64,000 bases of DNA, from contig NC_045707.1 of NCBI RefSeq assembly GCF_009834535.1, positions 63,800,001-63,864,000 on the forward strand, given 5' to 3'. Origin of the DNA: Camelus ferus (taxonomy: Eukaryota). Under the pieces are notes generated by a model, which saw only the letters and a list, made by a program, of their open reading frames with translations, searched no databases and was not told the origin of the DNA. Numbering within the stretch: the first letter of the stretch is position 1; each line of letters begins with the position of its first letter. Both the position numbers and the translations under genes were made by a program. Below are positions 28,535-43,382 of the stretch, in pieces.

Positions 28535-28950
28535 AATTGTTCTTCTGAGTAAAACCTGGTGGTCGAAGTAATAAGGACTGAGAAGATTCAAGTTTACATT
28601 TCAAGGCTGATCCCTGGCACAGAGGACCAACAATCCTTGCAACAATCAAAACCGAAACGAAAGAAAAAGAGCAAACCCTGGGGACAGAGGAGATTCTGAG
28701 TACCAGAGTTACTATATATTAGATTTACATGTCCAGTTTTCAACAAAAATATCACAAAGCACGCAAAGAAATAGGAAAGTATGGCCCATTCAAACGAAAA
28801 AAAAAAAAAAAAAATCAACAGTGACTGTCATGGCCAGATGGTGGACTTTAAAAACAACCATCTTAAAGATGCTCAAAGAACTAAAGGAAGATGTGGAGAA
28901 AGTCAAGAAAACAATGTATGAACAATATGGAAATATCAACAAAGAGATAT
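28535..28950 (+). mobile_element. Old L1 5'/ORF1 fragment in TMEM19 intron 2
   Basis: GACTTTAAAAACAACCATCTTAAAGATGCTCAAAGAACTAAAGGAAGA. Confidence 0.7.
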
Positions 28951-28953
28951 AGT

Positions 28954-29020
28954 GGGGAGGGCATAGCTCAGTGGTAGAGTGCATGCGCGAGGCCCTGTGT
29001 ACCTCCATTAAAATAAATTT
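28954..29020 (+). mobile_element. Internally deleted Vic-1-like SINE
   Basis: GGGGAGGGCATAGCTCAGTGGTAGAGTGCATGC head; B box missing. Confidence 0.75.
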
Positions 29021-32000
29021 AATGTAGATTGTTTTAGATCCCCTCCCCCATCTCATATTTACTGATTTCTTCAATATATAGAACACTAACATGCTTTCAA
29101 AGGTCATACTTATACAAAAGGGTATACTTAGACAAGTGTCAGTTCCTCCCAGGTGCCTTCTGCCCCCTCTTCTGTATTTTGTTCTCCTTCCATTCTTTGT
29201 AGGTAACCACTCCTCTCCAGTTTATCATTCCTTGTGTGTTTCCTTTTATAAAGCTAAGCAGATATATGGATATTTTCTTATTTTTACTTTTTCCTTACAC
29301 AGAAGGAACATTCTCTATATGTGATTTTGAACTTTCAAGCACACTTCTGATAATGTTAAAGCAGTCCTTCTTTTAGGAAGAGAATGTGCTAATCTGCTTC
29401 AAGGACTCAGATCAGTGGCAGCCAAGAAATACACACTCCGCTTTGTAAAGTGGTCTCTCATGAGTTTGGCTGCTTGCTTCCAGTCTAAACTTCCAGTTTT
29501 GAGGTATGACAAAAATCCAACTTCTGACCGTGCAGGGTTGGAGGCCAATTTCTCAGAATGTGATAACCATACCAAGGCACTGTTATCTCATGTGTCTCCA
29601 TCTGGGGCCGTCTGCTTATATTTCTAACTACAGCCTCTTCCATTCCTACCTCTACGGTTCACAGGTTCTGCTCTCCATAACTCTTAAGATAAATATATTC
29701 AGTTTCGCTATACGAAGATTTTTACTAAATAACACAATATGTAAAATTCTACTAAGTAACAGGATACTAAATAATTATTAAATAAGTTAATACTTATTTA
29801 ATAAATAAGTATTAAATAATATTTTACTAAATAATAGAACAGGGAATCAGTTTCTTATTTAATGTACTAACTCTTCCTATTGGTTAGATCCATCCAGGGA
29901 CACTCAATTATTAGCATTTTAGTTAAGTTTAGTACATTTTAATTGAAAATGTAAGAAATAGGGTAATGCTGTATGAAGTACTAATAAAGGGCTTCAGCTT
30001 TGGAGCTGAACAGTCTGGAGTTAAAACCTAGACTCCTGCACTGACTTCTGCCTGACTAGATGTTACCTAACCTTATGCCTCAATTTCTTATTGCTGAATT
30101 AACAATAAAATATTTCCTACCTCATTGGCTTGCTTTGAAAAGTTAAATGAGGTCATTTTTATGCTTATTATATAACCCAGCATGTAGGAGGCCCTTAGTA
30201 ATATCATTGGTAATAATAGCAGTTGCAGCGGTAAAACCTCAATGACAACATCATTATTGTCGCAATTATGTATTATTATTGTAACAATAGTAATTATTGT
30301 TTTCCAATCTTTTAAGTTTTTTTCAATTATTTTTGAATATATTACAAAAGCAGTAGAAGAGTATTGGAGTGGAAAGCCAAAACATATGGAAGTATATGAA
30401 GTCAAAGTCAAAGTGTCTCTCCCCATCACCACCACCACTCCCATCCCTTCTCCATGTGACAGTCACTGTAAACAATTTGTTCTAGTGTTTAGACAAACCC
30501 AAAGTAAGATGTCCCTAAAACAACCTACAATGAAATGCTACAAAAAGGCATCTGCATTCTTTTTACTTCAACCAACTCAAAACACTACAAGAAGTGATCA
30601 ACGGTTAAGCTTATGACAGTTTCAGAATGAGGAAATAAGTTGAAAGCAATGTGCTTTGAAGGAATGATTTCTTTCACATGGTCTAAATGTATCTTAGAAA
30701 TTTTGGCAACTCCTAGTTATGTCTGAACTTTCAGATTAGTAATTGCTGTCTCCAGTTGGTATCTATCCCACCTCCTCCACCCACTTTCTGAATCTCCAAT
30801 GGCCAGGGATAAAGAGTTAGTATGCATAACAATAAGGTGCTCCCCTCAAAATGTGAAGACTCCAGGATTACGGCTGCCTTTCGAGTTTAAAACAGGTAAA
30901 TTCTCTAACCAGTAGATGCCACCTGGGAAAGTAAAACAATGCTGTGTACTAATGTCTCTGATAGTGGGAGTAGAGATACCCCAAATTCCAACCAAGGTGA
31001 CCTGGGAATAATCTCTGGGAGGCAAAAAAGGGAAAAGTAGGACTGGAATTTTATAATTTGACAAACTGAAATCTAATAAATTATACCATAAGTAAGACTG
31101 TGGGAATCAAAAGAAGTCTGGTTAGCCCAAAACATAGACTATGAAGGCCAAGGAAACCAGAGGTTGGCAGATTTGAACACTACATAAGGGGTGGGACTCT
31201 CTGACTTGTGGATCCGCATTACTGACTGTTTCCTCAGACTTTCTCAAAACAATCTTCTAATTATAATCTGCCTTCTCAAGTGGCCCAATTGCAAGAACAG
31301 GGCAAGTCTGAACAGTGATGTCTGCATTCTTATTGGCTCGTAGTTCTATATTCTGGCTCATTTATTAGTTCCTTGGGACAAAGGGCTACCTAAACCAGTT
31401 TTCTTGCCTCTGACCAACTCTGGGTACATGATAGAATGAGGTTTCTATTTCAGAAATAATGAACACCAGACCTGAATTATGATAACCCAAAAGAGGTAAG
31501 GCCATCCTTGTGAGACCACAAGAAGGACAACCACTGGCTTCTTCTGACAACACCCCATTGGCTGTGCACTTCCATTATACTCACAGCATCTCCTTCTGAG
31601 GATGAAATGCCTTAAACCCGCCGTATTTATCATCTGTCTCCCCTGACTAGAAATATAAGCTCTCTGACAGTGGGATTTTTATCTGTTTTGTTCACTGCTA
31701 AATTCTGAATGCCCAGAACAGTGCCCGGCGTACAAAAACCCTCACCTAATATTTACTGAGTGAATGAAAAAAAAAAAGGGAAACCACTAAGGCTAAGAGT
31801 CTTGGCAAATGAAATTAAATTTAAACTTGTCAAGTCAAGAGACTGATGGCAAACTGTCCACACAGACATGTTCAAAGGAACACAATGAATAACTATACTA
31901 GGTAACACCTTCCTTTGAGCAAATCACTTTCACAGTGCTTTGCAGTTTTCAAGCATCTTCTTACATAACCCTTCCTGTGATCCTCTCCTTACTGTAGAAA

Positions 32001-32844
32001 TACTCTTTCTTTCAAGGAGATCAGAGCCCTCCACTTCAGTATCCACCCTAAACACTGCCTCAACCCCTTCCCTCTTCTTTCAACACCGAGGTATGTGTTC
32101 CTGTGTCATGGAGGACGCTAAATACCCAGATCCTAAGGAAGTTCTGAAACTTCTCAATCTCAAGCACACTAAAGACATGATATGGCAAATCTTAGTAAAA
32201 TTTCTTTGGCTGTGAATAGTAGTTGTGGAAGGAAAACAATAATAACTAACATTTATAACACTGTACTTCAAACTTTGTACTTAAGTTTTATGTATTTTAT
32301 TATCTATCTGAACTAAAGAATAAAAGTTCCATAAAATCTGAAACCTTGTCATTGCTCACAGCTGTAGCCTCAGTTTCTAGAAGAGTGGTACACAGTAAGT
32401 GCTCAAAAAATATTTGCTAAAAGAACAAATGGCCTGAACCCAACTCAATTCTGAAAAATAAATCCAGAACACTCAGTTGGGACTACTCTGCTTGAGGCTA
32501 CTAATAGCAGTTTCCCAATGGCTTCACTATTCTATACCTAAGAGGAAGGCTCCAATGTCTCTGCTAGAAAAAAATTTAATCCAGCTAAGGAGCAGGGAAA
32601 TCAAGGTCCTCAGAAGTCTATCCTATTAACCTACTTCACATCAATTATAAAGTTTAATTTGTACATCACACTAATGGGTACGTAAGTATATGACATTTTG
32701 ACAGAACAGGAATGCTGACCAATGCATAATTTTATCACTGTCTAAAATACATAACATTATGATTTATAGTCTCATAGGTTCAGAATTTAGAAAATGTAAG
32801 TTTAAATTATATAAGCAAGCACTTATTATATGGTTAAACATTCA

Positions 32845-33000
<156 letters not shown>

Positions 33001-34698
33001 TCATGTGAAGCCTGAACAGGTTATTCTTGACTACAGTCTCTTATAACTGTGTTCTGGAATAAAATACTGTGTTAAATAGAGAAACTGAGATGAAGCCACC
33101 AAAGTAAAATATTTATGTTGAGACTTGTAAATTTTCAAAGAGACAATCCTGCTGGGGAATGACTAAGGAAGTCCTGTCTAAGTTTTGAGAACCATTTATA
33201 ACTATTTATAGTAATACATATTTGATACATATTTGAATATTTGAAACGAATCTCTGGTTCCTTATTTTTCTGGAAAGGAGGCATGTATTAAATCTCCTTT
33301 CTTAACAGGATTCAATTATTCCTCTCTCTGCTTTTCAGAGACTTTTTTTAAAAAGGTAACATTCTCACAGGTACACACACTTCAGGATTCAAAGGTTAGC
33401 AACTGATTTTTCCAAAGGTTGCATCCAGCTTACAGATGTTCTGTTTGGCTGGCATAATTTTTTTCAGACAATGTGAGCCAATATTCAAAGATTAGGAAAT
33501 TTCATATAAAAATCCAGACTCTTTGTTTTCTGTTTTAGAAACTGTAAGTTCATGACCACGTGGCAGAACTGACTGCAGGTGAAGAGAGGCTGCCTGCTTT
33601 GGACAGGTCATAGCTTTCCCATTTAAAGTCCCCACCATTTCTGACAGACCCTAAACTCCAAGGCTGAGTGATTATAGTAAATAAAAATGCAAACTATTGT
33701 TTGTGCTCATGTTTCTACCAAAAATTGGAAAATTCAAGACAAAGAGGGTCAAACGTTCAAAAAAAAAAAATCTGGGAAAATCCTATTTCTGGAAGTGTAA
33801 ACTATTTTCACGTGTTTAATATGAAAAGAAAATACCTGGATAGCTTCGCTTTTCTTCATCAGGTACCTAGACCCAGAGGGTCACTTAAATTTACACATCC
33901 TAGTTCAAGTCACAGTAAATACTGGCATCAGGGAGAATCTTCTCCCATACCTCTCCTCCGCAAGCCCTCATCCCCTGCTGAGAATCATCATTAATGAACA
34001 GCCTTGAAAGCTTCTGTACCTTGGAAAACACCCATTCGATTATTCACGTCTCTTTGCAAAAGGACTTAGGTCTACAATGACAATCACTTATGAAATCACC
34101 ACTTATAAGAGTTCATTTTCTCACCCTACTTCTCACTTTTTCCTTTGAACTGAATAGTATTCTGTTTTTATAAAGGGGGCACCAAGGAAGTTTGTACAAA
34201 GGCATACTTAAGCTCTTAGGCAGCTTCAAAACCTTAAATATTTGAGTGCAGAACACCTCATATTTATACAGATTGGCTTCAGGCTTTAAAACAAGTCTGT
34301 TCTTTTGAAGTGACCAAACAGCAGACAACTCTTCTAAATCTCCAAATATAAACATTATATCATCTTGTGTTATTTTTTATGGGACACATGAAATGGATAA
34401 ACTATGTTACTAAATTCTTATTAAAAGCATCACTGTAATTGTTTTATAAAATTTTGTATCATCTCACTTATTTTTCACCGAGATAAATGCAATAATTACA
34501 TAAAACACTAAAACCATATTTTGGAACCCGCATAACTGGTGCTATGACAAGAAGCATTTATTAAAGGCATTAAAACCCTCAAGGCACTGTATATTTCCAC
34601 GTTAGTAAATGCAGTTCAGGTCGTGGAAGTTAAGTATACACAATAGTTTACAGCCCTTCAGGGGATATGAGTTTTGGCCTTCACAATAGAACATTTTA

Positions 34699-34899
<201 letters not shown>

Positions 34900-35019
34900 C
34901 TAGGGGAGAAAGTAGCCTGCGTTTCTGAGAAGAATAAAGTCATTTAAATTGCCAGCAAAACATTCGTGCAGAGGCGAACATAATTTCCAACATCTTCCAC
35001 TGGCAGACGAAGTACTATA

Positions 35020-35560
35020 AACCCAAACTACTTCGGGAAGCTGGGTTGGTGGAGCGTTGCTGCTGGAGCCTGGACGAGGCTGACGCCTCACTGGAAAAGT
35101 CAAGTGCAGTGCCTCAGAGCGCCGGCTGGCGGACTGCGGTCGCTTCACACGTGAACTCCGCCGCCGGGAAGGTGAAAGGGCAGCGGAGGCAGCCAATCAG
35201 CGGCCCAGGATGGCGAGCTCCGCCCCTCGCCCCCGCCCCCGCGCTGACGCCTGGGGTCGGTGGCGCACAGAGCCAGGGTGGCGGAGCCCGAACTGAGAGA
35301 GTCCCGGCAGCGAGCCCGGCGCGACAGAGGGGGGTCACGTCCCTACGGCTGCCCGCGCCGCCACAGGGGCCCGGGCCAGAGGGCCAGGGCCGAGGGCCCT
35401 GGAGCTCAGTCCACGATTAGCCGCGTGTCCGCCTCCGGTGGCTCGTTTCCTGCGCGCATGCGCCGCGGCCATCCGTGGACGTCGCCTCGCTTACGTGAGC
35501 GTTTAAAGGGCGGCTCCAAGGGCAGGCAGGCCCACAGGACCCTCGGGGGGTCGGCTGTTG
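35020..35560 (-). promoter_or_regulatory. TMEM19 CpG-island promoter / 5' region
   Basis: GC- and CpG-rich. CCAAT box GCCAATCAG 35192-35200, GC boxes ~35220-35240, E-box CACGTG 35148-35153, NRF1 palindrome GCGCATGCGC 35454-35463. Confidence 0.85.
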
Positions 35561-37614
35561 TTGGGGGTGTGTGGGTGTGTGATGCTGCTTAGACTCTAGA
35601 TACCTGGAACGTCCTTGTGTTTGAGGACAGACCCAAACTCTAAAAAGTAAAACCACCACCATGGTAGTAATAGAATAGAGGAATGAGTGCCCGTGAATTA
35701 AGACCCAGTAAATCCATTTCAAGCATAATATTCGAATGCTTTTTCATCTATGAACAGTTCATGCCATATAATATTATGGACTTTTTAGGGGGAGGGGGAT
35801 ATATTGGGCTGCAAAAGGGGAATTTTGTGACTAAGAAAATCATTTAAAAATGACAACACCGTTTAGTACCTACGGTGTGCTGGACACTGCTGGCAGCTAG
35901 AGACGTGAGGATGGCTAGACATAGTTCCTACTTTTCAACTCTCAAATTATTATGTGGAACATTTTGGAAACCTCTTCCCGCATCCCTCATATTTAAAGTC
36001 TGGGCATTCAGTCAATTCGTTTAGAAAGCAGAATGTCTTATTACCATTACAAACCTGAAAAATCTTGTGGCTGATTTAATGTTTTGTTTGAAATTAACTT
36101 TTGTTTTCCTGGATTAACAGTAACTAATTGATAATTACATTATATCCTGAACTTTTTCGGTTAACTGCTAACGGTGTAAGAAGAGGAGGCAAATCAGTTT
36201 CAGACGTAGTCCTGAATGTGTTTTAACCTGCTAAATGTAATTACTTTTTAAAAACTCACACTATTAATATACACCAAGACTACTTAAAGCTCTTAACTTT
36301 GGTAAGACATCTGAGTGACTGAGAGCCAAATGTGTGAAATAGCACTAAATAGTAGTGGCTTTCTTTTACTAGACAACATGCGTATATAGTCTTTATGCAG
36401 AAATTAATTATGTGCCCACTTTATTTTGTATGGGCCTCTTCAGCACAGGTAATTAGATTCTCTCAGAAAGCTAGCTGGCCAGTATCAGTGATACTAGACA
36501 ACTGGGTAAGAGTTATTATTAATAATAAAACCTAATACCTTTGTGGTTTGCATAGTGATGTTCCTTTTGTCTCTGCTTAGACAAAATTATGAACTGGCAT
36601 TTTTTCCCCCTCATCAAGTCAGTACAGTCACAGGGTGACCTTGTCTCATTTTCATGTAATATGAGATTTTTATGTGCAATAGAAAAACACCAAAAAAGTC
36701 TAGCAGTGTCAAGCTAGTTTTTGAATGTCAGGGATGATTTTTCTCTCTCATGAATATCTAGCTAAAACTGCTAGATAACAGTGTTGGTGACTGACTCTTC
36801 AAATGAGTATTTCTCTTCCATTGTTTCCTAGTATTCACTTATTGCTGTTGTTCTTCATAAAGGAAGTTATTTTACCTTAAGGCTGAAACAATTTGGGGGA
36901 GTTAATGTAGTTAAAATATACCTGTTCTTTAAAAAAAATGATTTTATAATTTGATAATTTTTAGAGATTTTGACAATCTGAAAAAATTTCAACAAAGTCT
37001 TTCTATTTACTTTAAAAGCCATTTGCTAGCAGCAGAGAATTTCTGGTTAAGCATTTCCTGAGATGTATTTATCAAGATATTAGTAAGTATGTTACCATCC
37101 GCTACCACCTCCAAAATACCTCTGATCATTGAGAGATCATTAAGGTTGAGAAATTTTGTTTCTTTATAAGACTGTGAGAATGCACTTAAGGTGCACTAAA
37201 CTTGACTTCTGTTTAAAATTTTCCAGCAGAGTTAATTGCTTTACCATAGATTCCTTTCCTTCAGAAAACATGACAGTTTAAGAATTTTTACCGTAATCAG
37301 AGCAACAGACTGAAAGTTCATTGTTGGACTAGTAGTCTTTAAATCTCACAATATAAACACACATTTAAGTGTTAATTGACATAAACATTCTCTAGCATAG
37401 ACCTGTGGTACATAATACCAATTGTAAAATTCATCCCAATGGTAAAAGAGCACTTACCATTACTAGGAAAATAGCAGTGGATTCTATCTACAATCCCTTT
37501 GAATCTAAGCCAAAGGAGTGGTTTAGATTTTCTAGTATCTGCTAGGAAAAGTGTGCTAGTATTTGAATGGCTAATATATTCATATCACACCCGAGGCCCA
37601 AAAAGAAAAAGAAC

Positions 37615-37618
<4 letters not shown>

Positions 37619-37686
<68 letters not shown>
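37619..37686. repeat. (CA)34 microsatellite
   Basis: Perfect dinucleotide run. Confidence 0.97.
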
Positions 37687-37690
<4 letters not shown>

Positions 37691-40641
37691 CTTGAAAGAA
37701 CTCAGAAAATGAAGGTAGATATGCAGACAATAACATTATAATAAGATGACGACTTTATCCAAGTTATGTATAAAACAGGACTCAAGGAGAGAAGCACTTA
37801 TGTCACTTTGGTATGTTAAGGGAAAGTGTCACAGAGAGGGGAGCATCAGAGCTAGGACTTAAAAAGATGACAGGGAGTTGGCTAAATGACCAAGCTAAGG
37901 AAAGGGCAATATGTAAGGATTGGTCGTTAAGAGAGCGAAAATAGAAGTTCATGAGAATAGAGAATTTAGAGATAACAAGATCTGAAATACTAAATAATTA
38001 AACTGAAAATTCATCTGAGAAGTAGGCATATTTGCTTTCTTGACATTGAACCCAAAGATTTTTTTTTTCTTACCTTTTGGAGCACAAATTTTAAAAGCCT
38101 AGAAGTAAGTTAAAGGCTGATATGTCATATTAGATCCAACTCATTCTAAAAGGACATTAGGGAGAGGGTGGGGAGCAGTGGGGGTAGGATAAATGAGTAT
38201 TTTTTCCTGTAGACTCAAGGACAGGAACTATGTCTATCTGGTTCATCCTAGTTTGTTCAGCATCTCTTAGTGAATGTTAAAATAGTATTTCTTGAATTAA
38301 AGCACTACATAATATTTTAATAACCAGAAAAAAATCAATAAAAGAAAATATCTTATTTCCTTGTTATTAAAATAATGCTTTGGTAAGCAAATCTACAAAT
38401 AAATCTTCATGTGGGCCTCAAATAATCGTCAGGACAGACGGTTTTCATAGTCCTTCATATATCTGGTGTAGACTGCATAACCAGTATTACAAACAGTGCA
38501 AATAAACTATAATGTATGTTTAGATATAATTTGAGCCATAAAAATGAAAATGATAATTCTTCTTCAGACTTTATATATCTTTATTTTGCTTACAGTTTCT
38601 TTCACTTCAGGGAGAGAGACTTCTACAGAAGCATTTTAGGAGATCAATTTAGGGGAAAGATTCCCACAGAAATGTTTCTGTACATATTTTGGAAATAATC
38701 AGCATTACAGTAATTTCCTTGGAGAAATTTTTAATATCAACATACTCAGGATGTTTTTGTGAAAAGAATATGCAGTTGTTTAATACAAATTATAAAATCA
38801 TTAAGTTTAGAAAGTTTCCAACTGTCTAAATACCAAAAGAATCCCATATTCTGGCATAAAGATGAACCATTTTCTGTATTATACCAAAATTAAAATTTAC
38901 CCGTATTCTAACACTGAGAAATGAGATAAAAAACCAACATTATAAAGTGTAACCTAGAAAAGATAACAATGACTTCATAGACCATCTTTACTATCTATAT
39001 ACACAACATTTTTTATTTTAATTTTTGAGACACACGACTTGCCCTGTTTTAATGATTCATATATTTAACACAAGGTTATAATGTGAAGGGCAGAGTAAAG
39101 GATTTGGAGGCCAAAGACCAGTGTCACCTAGAACTTTCGAGATTACTACATTTCCACCCCCTATGCCAGGTGCACATTGTAAACGTCTGAATGAATAAAT
39201 AAATTACATTAACAAGGATTTCTTTATCTATACATTGGAGATAGTAGCACCTACCACACAGACTATTTGTAAAGAACAAGTAAGAGAGCTAATGGGTGCC
39301 ACAATGTTTTGTTAGCTTTAAGACTCTGAGTTAAAATTATTTTTAAAAAGTTGTGTTAGTAGGGATTGTTATTTTGTAAAAATATCAAATGTCAAATAAA
39401 CTCGAATACTTAGCTTTGATAAAGTATTTTATTTAGTTATGTTTTCCTTTTAACTAGATAACACTAACAACAAATTTGTTCAGTGTTCATTTTAAAGGGA
39501 AAAAATGCTTTACAATTCATTAAGAAAACACTGTTATGTAATTCAGGTCAACAACAATGTCCTACAAAGTCTCTTCTGGTAAATCATTATAAAAAGAAAT
39601 CTGTTTTGTTTCAAAAGAAAAGTATTTTATAAAAAGGTCTAAAGTTTACATGTTCTCCTTAAATTCCAATTCAACAGTATTTACCAAAGTATGTCACACA
39701 TCCTTCTTTCATAGCATTTATCATATTGTATTGTAAATAATGTTTGCTTCTCTCAAGAGACTTGGAGCAAAGTTAAGGGCAGAAAATTATGTCATATTCA
39801 TTTTTATGTCAAGTTCCTAGCCTTTGGCTGGTTCTTTGTAGAGGTTAGTGTCTAGTAGACACAGAATGAATGACAGATGTAGAGCAGAGGATATATGTTG
39901 TGTCCCGCAGAGGACAAAGAGCTATTATTTTGATTAGTTTTATGATATATGGTCTAAGTGATAAGAAGTTTATCAACAAACTGAAAACAGGATTTTAACA
40001 GATTCCTTTTAGGTTTTTCTCTATGAATGAAAGTAGTTTTAAAAGTAGATGGATATATGTTAACAAAGCATTTGATGCAGGGCAACTTTGGAGCATATTA
40101 TCCGAACTGTAACATGAAAATGACATGAAAAAAAAAACAGCAAAAAAATAGGTGGTGTCGAATAGTAATGAATGAAGTCTAAGTAACTTTGCCAAAAGCT
40201 TGTTGTATTTTATAATGTTTTACTTTTTTTATTTTAAAAATGTTACATTAAGATAGCAAGAAATTATCATAGAGGGACTCACCCTGCATTAGTATTTTGT
40301 TTTGTATCGGGGAGAGGCAGTGAACCATATAAGAGTTTATACTTAAAAAAATGTAGATTATGTTTAAATGATTATTTGCCCAACTTACTTTGGGGTAGAA
40401 ATGTGTTCGCTGTTGATTATATATGAAACCACATAAAGATAGTTAAAACATGTAGTGACAGTTCCAAGGAGCTACATCCAATATTTAAGATAAAGATAAA
40501 AAGACTAACAAGGTTTATACAATACACAGAATTTTCATAAATATTTTAAGTGCCTGACGATAACTACAACAGACATTTCCTACCTTTGCCTTTGTGAATC
40601 TAGTTGCTTGGGAGGCATTCCTTATAAAAAGAAAGAGTGCT

Positions 40642-40740
40642 GGGGGGAGGGCATAGCGCAGCCGTAGAGTGCTTGCCTAGCATGCATCCAATGCCCTGGG
40701 TTCAAATAAATAAAAAATGTTATTACCCCCCCCCCAAAAA
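40642..40740 (+). mobile_element. Vic-1-like SINE downstream of the THAP2 stop (possibly in its 3' UTR)
   Basis: GGGGGGAGGGCATAGCGCAG...GGGTTCAAAT; imperfect flanking repeats AAAAGAAAGAGTGCT / AAAAGAAAGGATGTT. Confidence 0.8.
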
Positions 40741-42269
40741 AGAAAGGATGTTAATGTAAAAAGACTGTCGCTAGGATCTAAGCAAATGTTACAAAAAATA
40801 AGTTTTTTTTTTAAATCATAAAGTAGCCATTACCTTGTAGGAAAGATATGCAGTAATATGTGGTTATGTTTATGTTACTTTCATATGGTGGTGTCAGAAG
40901 CTCAAATCAGGCCTGAATAACCTGACTGTACAATAATAAGTTTTTACACGATTTGACCAAAGCTGTTTAAAGGGAAGAGTTCTTATTACACATTTATCAG
41001 GTAAAATAAGGCAAACCCTTTAATTGAGTGGAAACTATAAGAATAGTTCTGATGTTCTATTCTGTATAATAATTAGCATCTGCATAGCTTTATCACAGAC
41101 ACATGTATTTTTATAGGGAGCTACATTTCATTTCCCCTGTGCAGTATGGCTGCTCTATTTGACTCTCACTAAAAAAGGAGATAGAAAGCAAGCTGATATG
41201 TAAGATAAATTGATTCCATTTTAGGTTATAAGTTGTGAAGGTATAATATGGTAAGTACTTTTCTATAATTCAATGCTGATGTGGGTTTATGGGGAAAAAA
41301 AAGAAAGCTTAAGAGTTTTGGTATTAATACACAGGGGGAGTATTCCTAACATGGAACTTTGTAGCCTGTTTGCCTATTAATGCATCAGTTTTGAAACTGG
41401 AGATGTAATATTTTTATTATGAGAAAAATGTAGGATACATTTATCTTTTTGTTTGATTAAAGTAAAAGCTGGATCCCAATCTCTGCATTATTTCATAGCA
41501 TATTTTCTTAGAAGGTGAATATACATATCAGCTACCAGTTTTTACTAGTCTGAGGTACTTGAGGCCTTACCTAGTGTAGATGATTCAAGGGTACTTCACA
41601 TTCAAAAATAGTATTTTCAAAATACTTTACAAGCTACTGCCAAAGCTAATTTTGTTTTCAAGGCCATGATTAGTTCACTTTTACTGATAAAAGGACAGTT
41701 TAAATAAAAGAACCTGCCCTGTACTTCAGGTTTTTTTCTATAATTTTTCCAAATCACAGTGCCAATAATGATTTAATTAATACAGTTTTAAAGTCATATT
41801 TCATGTTGGTTAACTCCTACTAAGCATCTTATTTAGAATGTAATATCCCAACTTTGGTACAGGAAAAATTTTTTTTCTAATGTAAATTAAACACATTACT
41901 TGTCATAGACTGTTCTTTAAAGTAGTTTAAAAAGACAAAAACACAAAACATCTCGCAAACATACAATTTCCTAGCAAAAAAATGTTAAGTACATAATTCT
42001 CACGTAAGGCACTTCCATTCTCATTCAAATAAGTTGCATAAAAAGTTTTCAATTGTTTTGTAATCAGATGTTCATAAATTATGCAGTAATGATGTTACTT
42101 CAAGTAAAACTTTATTAAATATCCAATTTTGGAATAAATTTCCTTAAATATCTTTACCTTTGAATAGAATGAAGGATGAGCATCAAATTCTATGCAGGGT
42201 AATCTTAAATGAAGGTACTCTTGGTCTGTTTTAGATTTAGAGAATTGGTAACATTTTTCCTTGTTCATC

Positions 42270-42641
<372 letters not shown>

Positions 42642-43195
42642 TTAGAAGGTTGAACATAAATTATGGAATATCACACATAAGTAAATTTTGTCCAGTTTTG
42701 GATAACAGTATTTAAACTGCTCTTTTAAAAACTGATTCTAAAAGTTTGATAGGCAACATCAGCAGCCCATCTCATAATCATGGATTCAAGTTTCTCAGCT
42801 GGTTGAATTAACTCCAGTCACCTATTTCTCTTTACTTTCTCTCTCCAGAGGGATACAAGCATTGGTTTGGAAATAAGACTATGGACTTCCAAGGTCTCTT
42901 CCAAATTACTGAGTAAGATTCTATAGACTTAAAAAAATCCTTTGCAATATTCCCCCTAAGGCCAATATAGCATGCATTGAGACATTTGGTTTATCTGTGA
43001 TACTAATTTGATTCTCTCAATCTGATTAATATTTCAGACCTCTGGTCCTACTTAATAAAAACATATTCCCAAGCATCAGTTTGGGAATGGATTTATTTGT
43101 TGATTGTTCATAGTTAACATCTTACATTCCAGAATCTGGCTAGGAAATTTCTGCCCAAATCAGAGACCTGAGGACCTGTTTTTGGGAGGTTACTC

Positions 43196-43382
43196 TTTTT
43201 TTTTTTTTTTTTTTTTTTTTGGTTTTTTTTTTCTTGAAGAGGGAGGTAATTATGTTTGTTTGTTTGTTTGTTTATTTATTTATTTATTTATTTATTTATT
43301 CTTAGAGGAGGTGCTGGGGATTGAACCCAGGACCTCATGCATGCTAAGCATGTGCTCTAGCGGTTGAGCTATATCCTCCCCC
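43196..43382 (-). mobile_element. Vic-1-like SINE in THAP2 intron 2
   Basis: Same tRNA-like head, (TTTA)n/(TTTG)n linker and poly-T tail. Confidence 0.9.

Noticed and set aside
30088..30616. Hydrophobic ORFs on both strands
   Set aside because: AT-rich low-complexity and MIR sequence in a TMEM19 intron mimics transmembrane segments.
34900..35196. 98-codon open frame in phase with TMEM19, separated by a single TAG
   Set aside because: Non-ATG start, partly within the stop-poor CpG island; no support for readthrough or an N-terminal extension.
37499..37741. HT-repeat and CV-repeat ORFs
   Set aside because: Translations of the (CA)n microsatellite.
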